Shown: piece by piece, positions 29,026-38,067 of the stretch
Position numbering within the stretch: position 1 is the first letter of the stretch
Layout of the letters: every line of letters begins with the position of its first letter
Source of the DNA: Simkaniaceae bacterium
Lineage (GTDB): Bacteria > Chlamydiota > Chlamydiia > Chlamydiales > Simkaniaceae
NCBI GenBank assembly: GCA_050248615.1
Contig: JBFWSA010000018.1
Span: 1-46,640, forward strand
Length of the DNA stretch: 46,640 nucleotides
Direction of reading: 5' to 3'
Notes under the pieces: model-generated
Seen by the model: only the letters and a program-made list of their open reading frames with translations
Database searches by the model: none
Told to the model about the DNA's origin: nothing
Position numbers and translations under genes: made by a program

Positions 29026-30408
29026 ATGACAAAACATTATGACGTGATTGTTATTGGGTCTGGAGGGGGGACAAAGCTTGTAACACCCGTTGCAAAGCTG
29101 GGGAAAAAGGTTGCCATCATTGAAAAAGGCCCTCTGGGAGGAACGTGTCTCAATCGGGGATGCATTCCCTCTAAAATGCTTATTCATACAGCGCAACTCG
29201 CCTCCTTGATCCGCGATGCCCACCGCTTCGAAATAGAGGTCAAAGGAGACCTTAAGGTCTCTTTTGAAAAGCTTGTTAACCGCGTCAATAAAACCATCGA
29301 TGAAGAATCGGCAAGCATTGCCCCTTTTTATGAGAAAACACCCAACGTCGATTATTACCCCTATGAGGGAAAGTTCATCGATAAGATGACGCTTCAAGTG
29401 GGGAAGGACCAGCTGACTGCTGACAAGATCTTCATCGCTGTGGGAGCGCGTGCTGCAGTCCCCAAAATTCCGGGTCTGGATCAAGTCCCCTACATGACCT
29501 ATCAGGAAGCTTTGCGTAATACCAAGCTCCCTAAAAAAATGATCGTCATTGGGGGAGGTTTTATTGCGGTTGAGTTGGGGTATTTCTATTCAGCAGTAGG
29601 GGTCGAAGTGGAGTTTTTAGTCCGGAGCATCCTCTTACGCCCTGAAGATGATGACATCCGCGAAGAATTTCAAAAAGCCTTTGAAAAACAGGTGAACCTC
29701 CATCTCCACTGTGATTTCCAAGAGGTGACCTATAAAAAAGGCACTTACACAGTCACCTATAAAGATAGCACTGGGAAGCTTCACAAAGCTGAAGCCGATC
29801 ATTTGCTCATCGCAACAGGGATCCAACCTTGGACCGACACATTAGGACTTGAGCATACGGATATTGAGCTCACAGATACTGGGTTTGTCAAAGTAGACGA
29901 TCACTTGAGAACCACACAAAAAAATGTTTGGGCCCTCGGAGATTGTGTAGGGAATTATCTCTTCCGCCACTCGGCAAATTTTGAAGGAGAATATCTCTTC
30001 CGCACCCTGTTTGGGAACCCCTCAGATGAGCCCATCGTCTATAAGGCTGTCCCCCACGCAGTCTTTTCCTCTCCCGAAATTGCGGGGGTGGGGAAAACGG
30101 AGCGCGAACTGAAAGAGGCACAAATCCCCTACATTCTCGGGAAAAACACGTATGCCTCGAGTGCGCGTGGAATGGCCCTTCTTCCTGAGTTTGGGTTCGC
30201 TAAATTGCTCTTCGAAAAACATTCTCTAAAACTCCTGGGTGCACATATTATTGGAGAGGAAGCCTCGAACATGATCCACATGCTGATTGGGATGATGACA
30301 TTAGGCTGCACTCTCGATGATTTATTAAATATGATCTATATCCACCCCGCGCTTCCGGAAATTGTCCGGAATGCAGCGCGTGATGCAAAGAAACAACTAC
30401 CCTCTTAG
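29026..30408 (+). CDS. Class I pyridine nucleotide-disulfide oxidoreductase (dihydrolipoyl dehydrogenase / mycothione reductase-like)
   Basis: GSGGG, GGTCLNRGCIPSK, GGGFIAVE, IHPALPE; the ORF-track start (28966) lies inside a repeat. Confidence 0.9.
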   Translation: MTKHYDVIVIGSGGGTKLVTPVAKLGKKVAIIEKGPLGGTCLNRGCIPSKMLIHTAQLASLIRDAHRFEIEVKGDLKVSFEKLVNRVNKTIDEESASIAPFYEKTPNVDYYPYEGKFIDKMTLQVGKDQLTADKIFIAVGARAAVPKIPGLDQVPYMTYQEALRNTKLPKKMIVIGGGFIAVELGYFYSAVGVEVEFLVRSILLRPEDDDIREEFQKAFEKQVNLHLHCDFQEVTYKKGTYTVTYKDSTGKLHKAEADHLLIATGIQPWTDTLGLEHTDIELTDTGFVKVDDHLRTTQKNVWALGDCVGNYLFRHSANFEGEYLFRTLFGNPSDEPIVYKAVPHAVFSSPEIAGVGKTERELKEAQIPYILGKNTYASSARGMALLPEFGFAKLLFEKHSLKLLGAHIIGEEASNMIHMLIGMMTLGCTLDDLLNMIYIHPALPEIVRNAARDAKKQLPS

Positions 30409-30699
30409 TTTCTCTAAGGCAAGTCTACTGAGTTCTTGACCTAATTCACGACGTGCCGCCGAAAAAACATTAGAAAGACGTTTTTGGGCTTGAGGATTGT
30501 CTTGCAGCCCTGCTTTATAAATACTTGTGAGATTTTTAGAAACTTCGATCACCTCGCCTGGAGCTTTGGCATCTACAGCCTTTTCTACCTCTAGTTTCAT
30601 GCGCTCCTCGTAGTGACTCACGGGGGCATTTGCAAGATAGACTTCTGTCATTTGGTTCCTCCTTCTATGAGGCCTGAAAGGTGGCCTTATGCCTTCCAT
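30397..30699 (-). CDS. Hypothetical protein (100 aa)
   Basis: ORF filling the gap between two genes; no motif. Confidence 0.55.
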   Translation of the reverse strand: MEGIRPPFRPHRRRNQMTEVYLANAPVSHYEERMKLEVEKAVDAKAPGEVIEVSKNLTSIYKAGLQDNPQAQKRLSNVFSAARRELGQELSRLALEKLRG

Positions 30700-30774
30700 G
30701 ATAAGTCAAAACTTATTAATTATTAAGACCTAAAGATTATTTTAATCACATAGAAGGAGTTAAAAACTAACTAA

Positions 30775-31968
30775 TTAATTATCAATAAGATGGTAAGCCT
30801 CTAATCCAACAACAAAGAGAGCATAAAGAATTAAAAACGTCAGAACAGTTTTATTCTCCAGCCACTTCAGGTCGGCTTTGAGCTTCCAGGTATATTTCCC
30901 CACCCAGAGGAGGCCTATCGGAAGGAGGCCATTGAGGAAAGCTTCTCCAAAGCCTCCAGCCACTCCTAGTGCTGTGGTAAAAACCCCTGGATTGAGCCCT
31001 GCTAATAGACAGGGAGGGACAAAAGTAAGGAGAGTGAGCCCCACCCGTTTCCAGCCTGTCCGCTTCACAATACGAAATCCATCCCCCAAAAAATCGACCA
31101 TAGAAAAAGAGACCCCAAGGGTGGAAGTCACAATTGCAAAGAAAGCAAAAAAGCGTCCGATCATGGCAAAGTACTTCTCTCCAGTCACCGATTGAAAAGC
31201 TGCAGTCACAGGAGTTCCCTCCTCTAACGTCTTTACAATCACCTCATGAGGAATTGCTCCAATAATCAGCCACTGCCAGACACAATAAACCAGTAATGGG
31301 ATCACTGAGCCCCAGAAAATCGCTATCCGCAAAGACCGTTTATCTCGTTTGAGATAGGTGCATAGAGAAGGGATCACATTATGGAACCCAAAAGCACTGA
31401 AAAGAACAGGCATCGCAAAGATCATTGCGGACCATTTCGTATAGGTGAGACGGGGTAATTCCACTTTATCTCCTCCTCCCCCAATCAAAATAAACCAGGC
31501 CGCAATCATCGCGATGCTTAGCATGATATTTGTCCGATCAATCGACTTCGGCCCGATCGCAACAATGGTAGCAAAAACCACTCCAAACAGGGAAAAGCTC
31601 CCCCAACTGGTGGGAGAAATCCCTAAGGCTTCTGCCAAAAGAGGGGCCCCTGCAGCAAAATAAGCGATCATGAGACAGTAATAGAGAAAGACAAACATCC
31701 CTCCTGATAGAAGTCGTCCTCCCTTTCCAAAGAACCTTCCTGAAATGGATAAGACATTACTCCCATCGGGCATCCACAGGGTCACCTCCAGAAAAAGGAG
31801 CCCCGTGCAATACATAAAAAACCAGACAATGAGTGTAATGAGTAGACCAGGGAAAAAACCTGCCACACCCGTCACTAAGGGAAGTCCCAGCATCCCCGCA
31901 CCAATCATGGTGCCTGCGATTAAAAATGTGCCACTAATGACACGTAAAATATTCGTTTTGGATTTCAT
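30775..31968 (-). CDS. tyrP: Aromatic amino acid permease (TyrP/Mtr, HAAAP family), second paralog
   Basis: GTMIGAGMLGLP, FGFHNVIPSL, TSTLGVSFSMVDFLGDG; AGGAAGGA RBS. Confidence 0.9.
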   Translation of the reverse strand: MKSKTNILRVISGTFLIAGTMIGAGMLGLPLVTGVAGFFPGLLITLIVWFFMYCTGLLFLEVTLWMPDGSNVLSISGRFFGKGGRLLSGGMFVFLYYCLMIAYFAAGAPLLAEALGISPTSWGSFSLFGVVFATIVAIGPKSIDRTNIMLSIAMIAAWFILIGGGGDKVELPRLTYTKWSAMIFAMPVLFSAFGFHNVIPSLCTYLKRDKRSLRIAIFWGSVIPLLVYCVWQWLIIGAIPHEVIVKTLEEGTPVTAAFQSVTGEKYFAMIGRFFAFFAIVTSTLGVSFSMVDFLGDGFRIVKRTGWKRVGLTLLTFVPPCLLAGLNPGVFTTALGVAGGFGEAFLNGLLPIGLLWVGKYTWKLKADLKWLENKTVLTFLILYALFVVGLEAYHLIDN

Positions 31969-32033
31969 AATTCCTTCCTAAATTTTAAAGACTGACACAA
32001 AAAAAATGAATAATAAAGAATGAACCATTGCCC

Positions 32034-32090
32034 TTAGAGGGCATGGTGGAAGGAAAAATGAAGGAGTGATACAAGAATTTGTTTCTTCAT
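32034..32090 (-). CDS. Putative leader peptide MKKQILVSLLHFSFHHAL
   Basis: 18-codon uORF with 3 His and 2 Phe in six codons; stop codon at the apex of a hairpin that is followed by a U-rich tract. Confidence 0.55.
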   Translation of the reverse strand: MKKQILVSLLHFSFHHAL

Positions 32091-32096
32091 GCTACC

Positions 32097-32126
32097 ATAT
32101 TACTAAAATCATAAAGGACCTGTCAA
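32097..32126 (-). promoter_or_regulatory. Sigma66/70-type promoter for the leader and permease
   Basis: TTGACA-18 bp-TAATAT; the ATG begins 7 nt after the -10 box. Confidence 0.6.
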
Positions 32127-32128
32127 TA

Positions 32129-32350
32129 TTGAAAATTGCAGTCAAAGTGATTCCTAAAGCATCCAGAAACGAGGTCGTTGGCTGGGAAGGAGAGGTTCTT
32201 AAAGTGCGCCTGACTGCAGCTCCTGAAAAAGGGAAAGCGAACGAATCCCTTATTACAATCCTTAGCAAACATTTTAAGATCCCCAAGTCGGCCATCACCA
32301 TCCTCAAAGGGGAAACGAGTCGCCATAAAGTGGTTCAATTAGATTTTTGA
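32129..32350 (+). CDS. yggU: DUF167 / UPF0235 (YggU) protein
   Basis: VKVIPKAS, APEKGKAN, GETSRHK; TTG 32129 likely start. Confidence 0.9.
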   Translation: MKIAVKVIPKASRNEVVGWEGEVLKVRLTAAPEKGKANESLITILSKHFKIPKSAITILKGETSRHKVVQLDF

Positions 32351-33702
32351 CGCTTTAATAATAGGCTCGCTATGCATCCCAAAATGCTGATAAAAATCAA
32401 CCCCACGCCCCCTTTTTGAAATCCTACAGATAAGGGAGAGTAGAGGCGCACGGTTGTCACCACTAGGGCAAGTCCGAGAGTCCCCCCAATTTCTTGAAAT
32501 GTGACATAGGTCCCTGATGCAATGCCCGCTTTGTAAGGAGGAACAACTGAAATCGCAGCCGTAGCCGTGGGACCATAAATCAAGCCATATCCCACTCCAA
32601 AAAACAGCGTAGTGATCACAATAAAAACAACCGAAGACGCTTCTCCAAATCCCCCTTGCAAGATAGAGGAAATCAATAAAAAGATAAAACCGATCAGGCT
32701 AAATAACCACGCTTTATGAGGGTGGTATCTCCGTCCTACAATCGGAGAAAGAATGATGACAGGAACCGTAATGGCAAGCATGATCAAACCCGAGCTCAAA
32801 GGAGAAAGGTAGCGCACATTTTGCAAATAAATCGGGAGTAAAAAAAAGGTAGCCCAGATGTAAAAGATTAAGCAGGCACTCGCAACAGATGCAGCAATAA
32901 ACACCCTTTTACGCACCAGTTCTGGTAATAAAATCGGATAAGGAAAGCGCCGGCTATTTCTCCAAAGAGCGATAAAAGCACCCATAGTGAGAAGAAAAAG
33001 AATGCCATTAGTGAGCCTAGAAAAGCGATTAAACTCCGTTGTAAGAAGAACAAAAGCGGTGAGACCCACTCCCAGAAAGGTCATTCCCCAATAATCTCCA
33101 ATAGGGGGATCGACAGTGTTTTTACTCTCCTTAGAAAAAAGGGCAATGAGGAAAAAACTAATGATAAAGAACGGAATCATCGACCAAAAAATCCATCGCC
33201 ACCCCCATTCTTTAGAAATCACTCCCCCCACAATGGGCCCCAAAGCCATTGCATAGGCTATCGCAGTTGCCCACAAGGCAATCGCGCGACTCTTAAGCGT
33301 TTCTGGAAACTCTGAAACAAGCATTGCTTGAGAAACCGGAAGCAAAATAGCATTCCCTAAACCAGCCAAGCTCATACTTACAATTAGTCCAACGCCTCCT
33401 TGACTAAATCCCCCTAAAAGCATCCCCAAACCCGAAGAACTTAATCCAAATAAATAGATCTTTTTTCTTCCAAACATATCGGCGAGTCGACCACTCGTCA
33501 CTAACAAAGCGCAGTTAATAATGCCAAAAGCCATCATCATCCATTGCATCAGATGGAGGGGAACAGCGAGTGCCTGTTGTATGACGGGGATGCTTGCATT
33601 GACCATCGCGAATACAAGCCCCATCACAATACAACCCGAGCAAATACCAACCAGGCTTAAAACGTTAATGGGATGAGGATTTTCTTTTATTTCGTGTTTC
33701 AT
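32335..33702 (-). CDS. MFS transporter, DHA2 (14-TM) family
   Basis: GRLADMFGRKK, LGPIVGG, WRWIFW. Confidence 0.9.
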   Translation of the reverse strand: MKHEIKENPHPINVLSLVGICSGCIVMGLVFAMVNASIPVIQQALAVPLHLMQWMMMAFGIINCALLVTSGRLADMFGRKKIYLFGLSSSGLGMLLGGFSQGGVGLIVSMSLAGLGNAILLPVSQAMLVSEFPETLKSRAIALWATAIAYAMALGPIVGGVISKEWGWRWIFWSMIPFFIISFFLIALFSKESKNTVDPPIGDYWGMTFLGVGLTAFVLLTTEFNRFSRLTNGILFLLTMGAFIALWRNSRRFPYPILLPELVRKRVFIAASVASACLIFYIWATFFLLPIYLQNVRYLSPLSSGLIMLAITVPVIILSPIVGRRYHPHKAWLFSLIGFIFLLISSILQGGFGEASSVVFIVITTLFFGVGYGLIYGPTATAAISVVPPYKAGIASGTYVTFQEIGGTLGLALVVTTVRLYSPLSVGFQKGGVGLIFISILGCIASLLLKRQKSN

Positions 33703-33740
33703 AGTGACTAGGGAGAAAGATAATTTCAGAATACCAGTTC

Positions 33741-34340
33741 TTACAAATCTGCAGAAGAGATAATGTTTGCCCCCGCTTCTTTCATTCTTTTGAGGGCCTT
33801 TTCTCCGTCTCCAATCGCCCGACAGGCATCTTTTATAACCGAGATGGGATAGCCCAATTTACGGGCATCTAAAACACTATAAAGGACACAGAAATCGGTA
33901 GCCAAACCGGCAATATAAAGCTCTGTGACCCCCTTTTGCTTGAGAAGGGTATCAAGCCCTGTCGACTTGATTCCCCCATTATCGAAAAAGGCACTATAGC
34001 TATCAATCATCCGATCGGTTCCTTTATAGATGTAATGGTGGATCCCATCACGCTCTAACTCTTTGACAATGTTCGAACCTGGAGTACGCTCCACGCAATG
34101 GTCGGGCCAAAGTTCTTGCTCCCTTCCATTGACTTCCACTGTCTCTCCCACTTTTTTTTGATGGGTACTTGCAAAGCTCACATGCCTTTGGGGATGCCAA
34201 TCCTGTGTTGCAATCACGACAGGGAATTTCTCCATGAACGTATTGATCAAGGGGGCCAAACCATCTCCCCCTTTAACCCCTAGGGGGCCTCCAGGCATAA
34301 AGTCATTTTGCAAATCGACAATCAGTAAGGCTCTAGTCAT
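33741..34340 (-). CDS. pncA: Nicotinamidase/pyrazinamidase
   Basis: VDLQNDF, QDWHP, WPDHCV, GLATDFCV. Confidence 0.95.
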   Translation of the reverse strand: MTRALLIVDLQNDFMPGGPLGVKGGDGLAPLINTFMEKFPVVIATQDWHPQRHVSFASTHQKKVGETVEVNGREQELWPDHCVERTPGSNIVKELERDGIHHYIYKGTDRMIDSYSAFFDNGGIKSTGLDTLLKQKGVTELYIAGLATDFCVLYSVLDARKLGYPISVIKDACRAIGDGEKALKRMKEAGANIISSADL

Positions 34341-35781
34341 TTTTTATCTCTTCAATAAGGCGCATTTTTAAATGATAGAGATTTTTCTCTAATCCCACAA
34401 AATAAGGCTGAGGATAAAGAAAGCGGCGCATCGGTTCAGAAAGCTTTTTCAGCTGTGCGAGCGTGTTTTCACGTATCTGCGTAAGAGAGGGAGAGGTATA
34501 AACCCGCTTTCCCCTCTTAAATATAGGAACTAATAACTCTTCACTTTGCATCTCTTTTTTTACTTTTTTTCGCATGGTTGGATCGATCGGGTCAATCAAC
34601 TCAAAACTCTCTGGAAGTCCCATTTCTACATCGTACATCATATCAGAACGCGCCATCCCCTCTTCATCAAAAAAGCGCCGCACTTGTAAAATCCCGGGGT
34701 TTGTTGTTTTGGCAAGTTGCTCTGAAATTTTGATCTTATAACACCACTCCCCCTTCTCATCTTGCAGGGCAGCCAACTTATAAACTCCATCTAAAGCAGG
34801 CTGATCTTTTGCCGTAATGAGATTGGTCCCGACCCCCCAGAGATTGATTTTGGCCCCTTGTTTTTTCAGATCGCGAATAATCATCTCATCGAGTTCATTG
34901 CTGGCCATAATTTTCGCATCGGTAAAGCCGGCCTCATCGAGCATTTTTCGAATGTGAATACTTAAATGAGCTAAATCTCCGGAATCTAACCGCACCCCTT
35001 GCATTTTTATATTTTTTTCCTTTTGTGCTGTAGCAATGGCATGCTTCACCCCTTCGATAGAATTGTAGGTGTCCACTAAAAAAATGCAATTATTCGGCAT
35101 CACCTTGGAATAAGCATCAAAGGCCTCTTCTTCGCTGTCAAAAGCCATGATCCAACTATGGGCATGCGTCCCCTTAACAGGTATCCCAAAAAATTTTCCC
35201 GCAATCACATTCGAAGTGGAGTGGCATCCTCCTACAAAGGAAGCACGAGTTCCCGACAAGGCTCCATCTATCCCCTGAGCGCGTCTCAGTCCAAATTCGA
35301 TCACTTCGTCCCCTTCTGCCGCTGCACAAACGCGCGCAGCCTTGGTGGCAATCAGGGTTTGAAAATTGATGATATTGAGAAGAGAGCTCTCCAAAAGTTG
35401 CGCTTCCAAAATAGGGCCACGGACCCGAATGAGGGGTTCATAGGGAAATACCGGTGTCCCCTCGACCATCGCATCGACATCGCAAGAGAATTTAAACGTG
35501 CTGAGATAATCTAAAAACTCCCTTTCAAAAAGAGGTTTTCCATTATAAGCTTTTAGACTTTCTAAATACCCTAAATCCGAATCTTCGAATTTGAAATTTT
35601 CTATAAACTGGATCGCCGATTCGAGTCCTGCAGTAATGGCAAAACTCCCCTGAAAAGGGCGCCTTCTAAAAAAGAGATTAAAGACCGCCTCGCGGTCCAT
35701 CATTTTGAGCTTCCAGTACCCATATGCCATCGTCAGTTCATAGAGGTCTGTAAGGAGTGCTAATGAGGATTGATATATCAT
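34333..35781 (-). CDS. pncB: Nicotinate phosphoribosyltransferase
   Basis: TDLYELTM, EFGLRRAQG, GTHAHSW, LVDTY, RLDSGDL. Confidence 0.96.
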   Translation of the reverse strand: MIYQSSLALLTDLYELTMAYGYWKLKMMDREAVFNLFFRRRPFQGSFAITAGLESAIQFIENFKFEDSDLGYLESLKAYNGKPLFEREFLDYLSTFKFSCDVDAMVEGTPVFPYEPLIRVRGPILEAQLLESSLLNIINFQTLIATKAARVCAAAEGDEVIEFGLRRAQGIDGALSGTRASFVGGCHSTSNVIAGKFFGIPVKGTHAHSWIMAFDSEEEAFDAYSKVMPNNCIFLVDTYNSIEGVKHAIATAQKEKNIKMQGVRLDSGDLAHLSIHIRKMLDEAGFTDAKIMASNELDEMIIRDLKKQGAKINLWGVGTNLITAKDQPALDGVYKLAALQDEKGEWCYKIKISEQLAKTTNPGILQVRRFFDEEGMARSDMMYDVEMGLPESFELIDPIDPTMRKKVKKEMQSEELLVPIFKRGKRVYTSPSLTQIRENTLAQLKKLSEPMRRFLYPQPYFVGLEKNLYHLKMRLIEEIKND

Positions 35782-36134
35782 GAGCTAGGAGTATAAGACT
35801 GTCCATGCGCTTCAAGCAATACTTTCCTGCGGGCTTCAAGCTTGTCGATTTCTTCTTGATAGCGGGCCGCAATTTCACGACTGGTATCTGCTTCATTCCA
35901 ATAGCGCCGTGCATCGATAAGATTTTGAGACTGAAACTGGAGACGGTCCCCTTGGTTTTGTGCCCATGCTGCATTGGCTAGCTCTTTATTCCGCAGGTCT
36001 GTGAGCTTAATGACCGCTTCATCGATATTGGCGACTTCCTGCTGCCATTGGCTAGGAGGGAGTTCCTTCACAAGGGCTATCCCACTCCCATAACATAAGA
36101 GCATCCCCAATAAAATCCACTTCAGTCTGCGCAT
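35778..36134 (-). CDS. Hypothetical exported coiled-coil protein
   Basis: Signal-like N-terminus; ATGA overlap with the pncB start. Confidence 0.7.
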   Translation of the reverse strand: MRRLKWILLGMLLCYGSGIALVKELPPSQWQQEVANIDEAVIKLTDLRNKELANAAWAQNQGDRLQFQSQNLIDARRYWNEADTSREIAARYQEEIDKLEARRKVLLEAHGQSYTPSS

Positions 36135-36209
36135 TGATTCTCCATTCTCAGATCCCTTTCCTCAATATTTACCCCATTTTCCTTTTGAAGAAAATTGAAA
36201 ACTGACTTA

Positions 36210-36300
36210 TAGACTCAAACAACTTCAAAAATGCGTTGTAGATGATGGTCAAAGGGCTCCCATTTGCCGCTCTTAAAGAAAATTTAGATCTTTTAATATC
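36210..36300. repeat. Degenerate family A left half
   Basis: TAGACTCAAACAACTTCAAAA followed by decayed ATTTGCCG.TCTTAAA...TTTTAATAT. Confidence 0.6.
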
Positions 36301-36390
36301 AAAACATTACGAAAGATTTCCTCCACATAACAAAACATTCCAAGAGGAGTTCGAAGCACAATATTCCTTCGATGTGTTAAACTCATCCCC

Positions 36391-37389
36391 ATGAAATATT
36401 GGATCTTTTTCTTACTTTTCACGCACTCTCTGTTTGCTTTTACCTTAAAAGAAAAGTTTAAAGAAGCAGAAGCAGGAACCTATGTGGTGACAGAACAAAA
36501 CCAGCTCACCTCACTCCTCCATCTCCATACGGTTTCTGAGGATAAGCTTCTTTTCGAGGAGATTAGTATCCCCTCTCATCAAATCCACCATGCAGACTGG
36601 AAAAAATGGGCAGAAAATGGGGCTCCAGGACATACCTCTTGGATTCTCTATGAGCTCGATCTCAACCAAAGCTTGATCACAGAGTGTTACTCGCTCACCC
36701 GTAAAGCTTGGGTTTCTACCCATGAAATGGATGCCTTTCTCCTCCCCCTTCTTACCCTCAATTTAAACCTCCTTTCCGAGGAGGAGCGGATTCAAAGGGG
36801 GGCAACCCCTGCACCGGGACAGGTGGGAAGGGGCCCTTGGGCTCCCCCACAAATCATCGAAGGAAAAAAGATCGATTCCCCTCAATATGATGTTTACACA
36901 GCCCTTTGGCCCTATGATGAGACCGATCTTTCCGGCAAATCTATTGTTCTCTATTTTGATAAACTGCATCCTCAATTCCCCTTTCCTTACTGGATGCAAG
37001 CACGAGATGGGGGGCTAAAATTTAAAATGCGAGCCGTAGATTCAGGAACCGGCATGTTTTCTCCGATCTCTGATATCCCTCGACGCGCCCCCTCATTTAC
37101 TGGAGGCATTAGACATGAGGAGGGGCAAGTCTCCCTCTTCCTCACGATTCCTACCTACTATAGCCAGTTAAAACTCTATGCTATTGACTTAACAGAAAAC
37201 CCCCGTTTGACCCATGCTATCCCCTTTGAAATAGAGCGTCATAAAGAAAGCGTCACCCTGTCGATTGCAGAAGAAAAACTTGCACCCATCTTTTCTAATG
37301 ACCATGAATATCTTTGGATTGTGGCATCAGAAAGCTCAGATGTTTTTGTAGAATCTCCCCATCTTTTTAAATGGACTTTAGAGAATTAA
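36391..37389 (+). CDS. Conserved chlamydial exported hypothetical protein
   Basis: Signal peptide; GAPGHTSW and FPFPYW motifs; position next to lepB. Confidence 0.75.
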   Translation: MKYWIFFLLFTHSLFAFTLKEKFKEAEAGTYVVTEQNQLTSLLHLHTVSEDKLLFEEISIPSHQIHHADWKKWAENGAPGHTSWILYELDLNQSLITECYSLTRKAWVSTHEMDAFLLPLLTLNLNLLSEEERIQRGATPAPGQVGRGPWAPPQIIEGKKIDSPQYDVYTALWPYDETDLSGKSIVLYFDKLHPQFPFPYWMQARDGGLKFKMRAVDSGTGMFSPISDIPRRAPSFTGGIRHEEGQVSLFLTIPTYYSQLKLYAIDLTENPRLTHAIPFEIERHKESVTLSIAEEKLAPIFSNDHEYLWIVASESSDVFVESPHLFKWTLEN

Positions 37390-37705
37390 TCTCCGAAGTA
37401 ACGAACGCCACTTGTGCAAAGTATTCGTGAGCCGTGCGCTCCGATTGGTTAGGAGGAGCCTCACTATCCAAATCATCCACATGAACCTCGCCCCGACGCA
37501 CTACCTCTACGACAAGATCTTCCAGCCGATTGTAAGCCAACTCAGATACCTCTTTAATCTGGTCCATCACATGGGAGATGTTATCCCTCCAATCCGCTAA
37601 ATCCAGGATAGTTGGAGGATCATTCAAGATCTCACTTAGCTGAAAAAGGAGTAATTGCAACTTAGCTTTAGCTGCTTCATCCTTAGGAGTTTCAGTCATA
37701 TTCAT
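37367..37705 (-). CDS. Hypothetical protein
   Basis: Acidic helical ORF; ATG at 37705 or 37699. Confidence 0.65.
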   Translation of the reverse strand: MNMTETPKDEAAKAKLQLLLFQLSEILNDPPTILDLADWRDNISHVMDQIKEVSELAYNRLEDLVVEVVRRGEVHVDDLDSEAPPNQSERTAHEYFAQVAFVTSEINSLKSI

Positions 37706-37902
37706 CCTTAATGCGCTGGCTATCAATAGGTGTAACAAAGTTCTCTATTCTCTGCAACTTAACCTATGAATCTATCCCGATAATCAATTTGTTGGGACTT
37801 TTAGAGATTTTATGTTGCTAAGATCACCAGCAATTCGAATCAAGTTGCCATGATCGAGCTGCCTTCTTTTCAAATTTATGACTTTATTTTTTATGAATGG
37901 TG

Positions 37903-38067
37903 TTAGAGCGTGTCACCAATTACACTGCGTTGCTTTAGCTCTCACCATGAAGAATTTCGTCGTTGCCCTGCTTCGACAACCCGCAAGGGGTTGCCTGCAT
38001 CGGACGCCTAGAACTTCTCTCATAGAGAGACCTCTTTCAACTTATTTTAATTGATGACACGCCCTAA
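37903..38067. mobile_element. Palindromic element family D (MITE-like, 165 bp)
   Basis: Terminal inverted repeats TTAGAGCGTGTCACCAATTA / TAATTGATGACACGCCCTAA (18/20); central hairpin CAACCC-GCAA-GGGGTTG. Confidence 0.8.
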
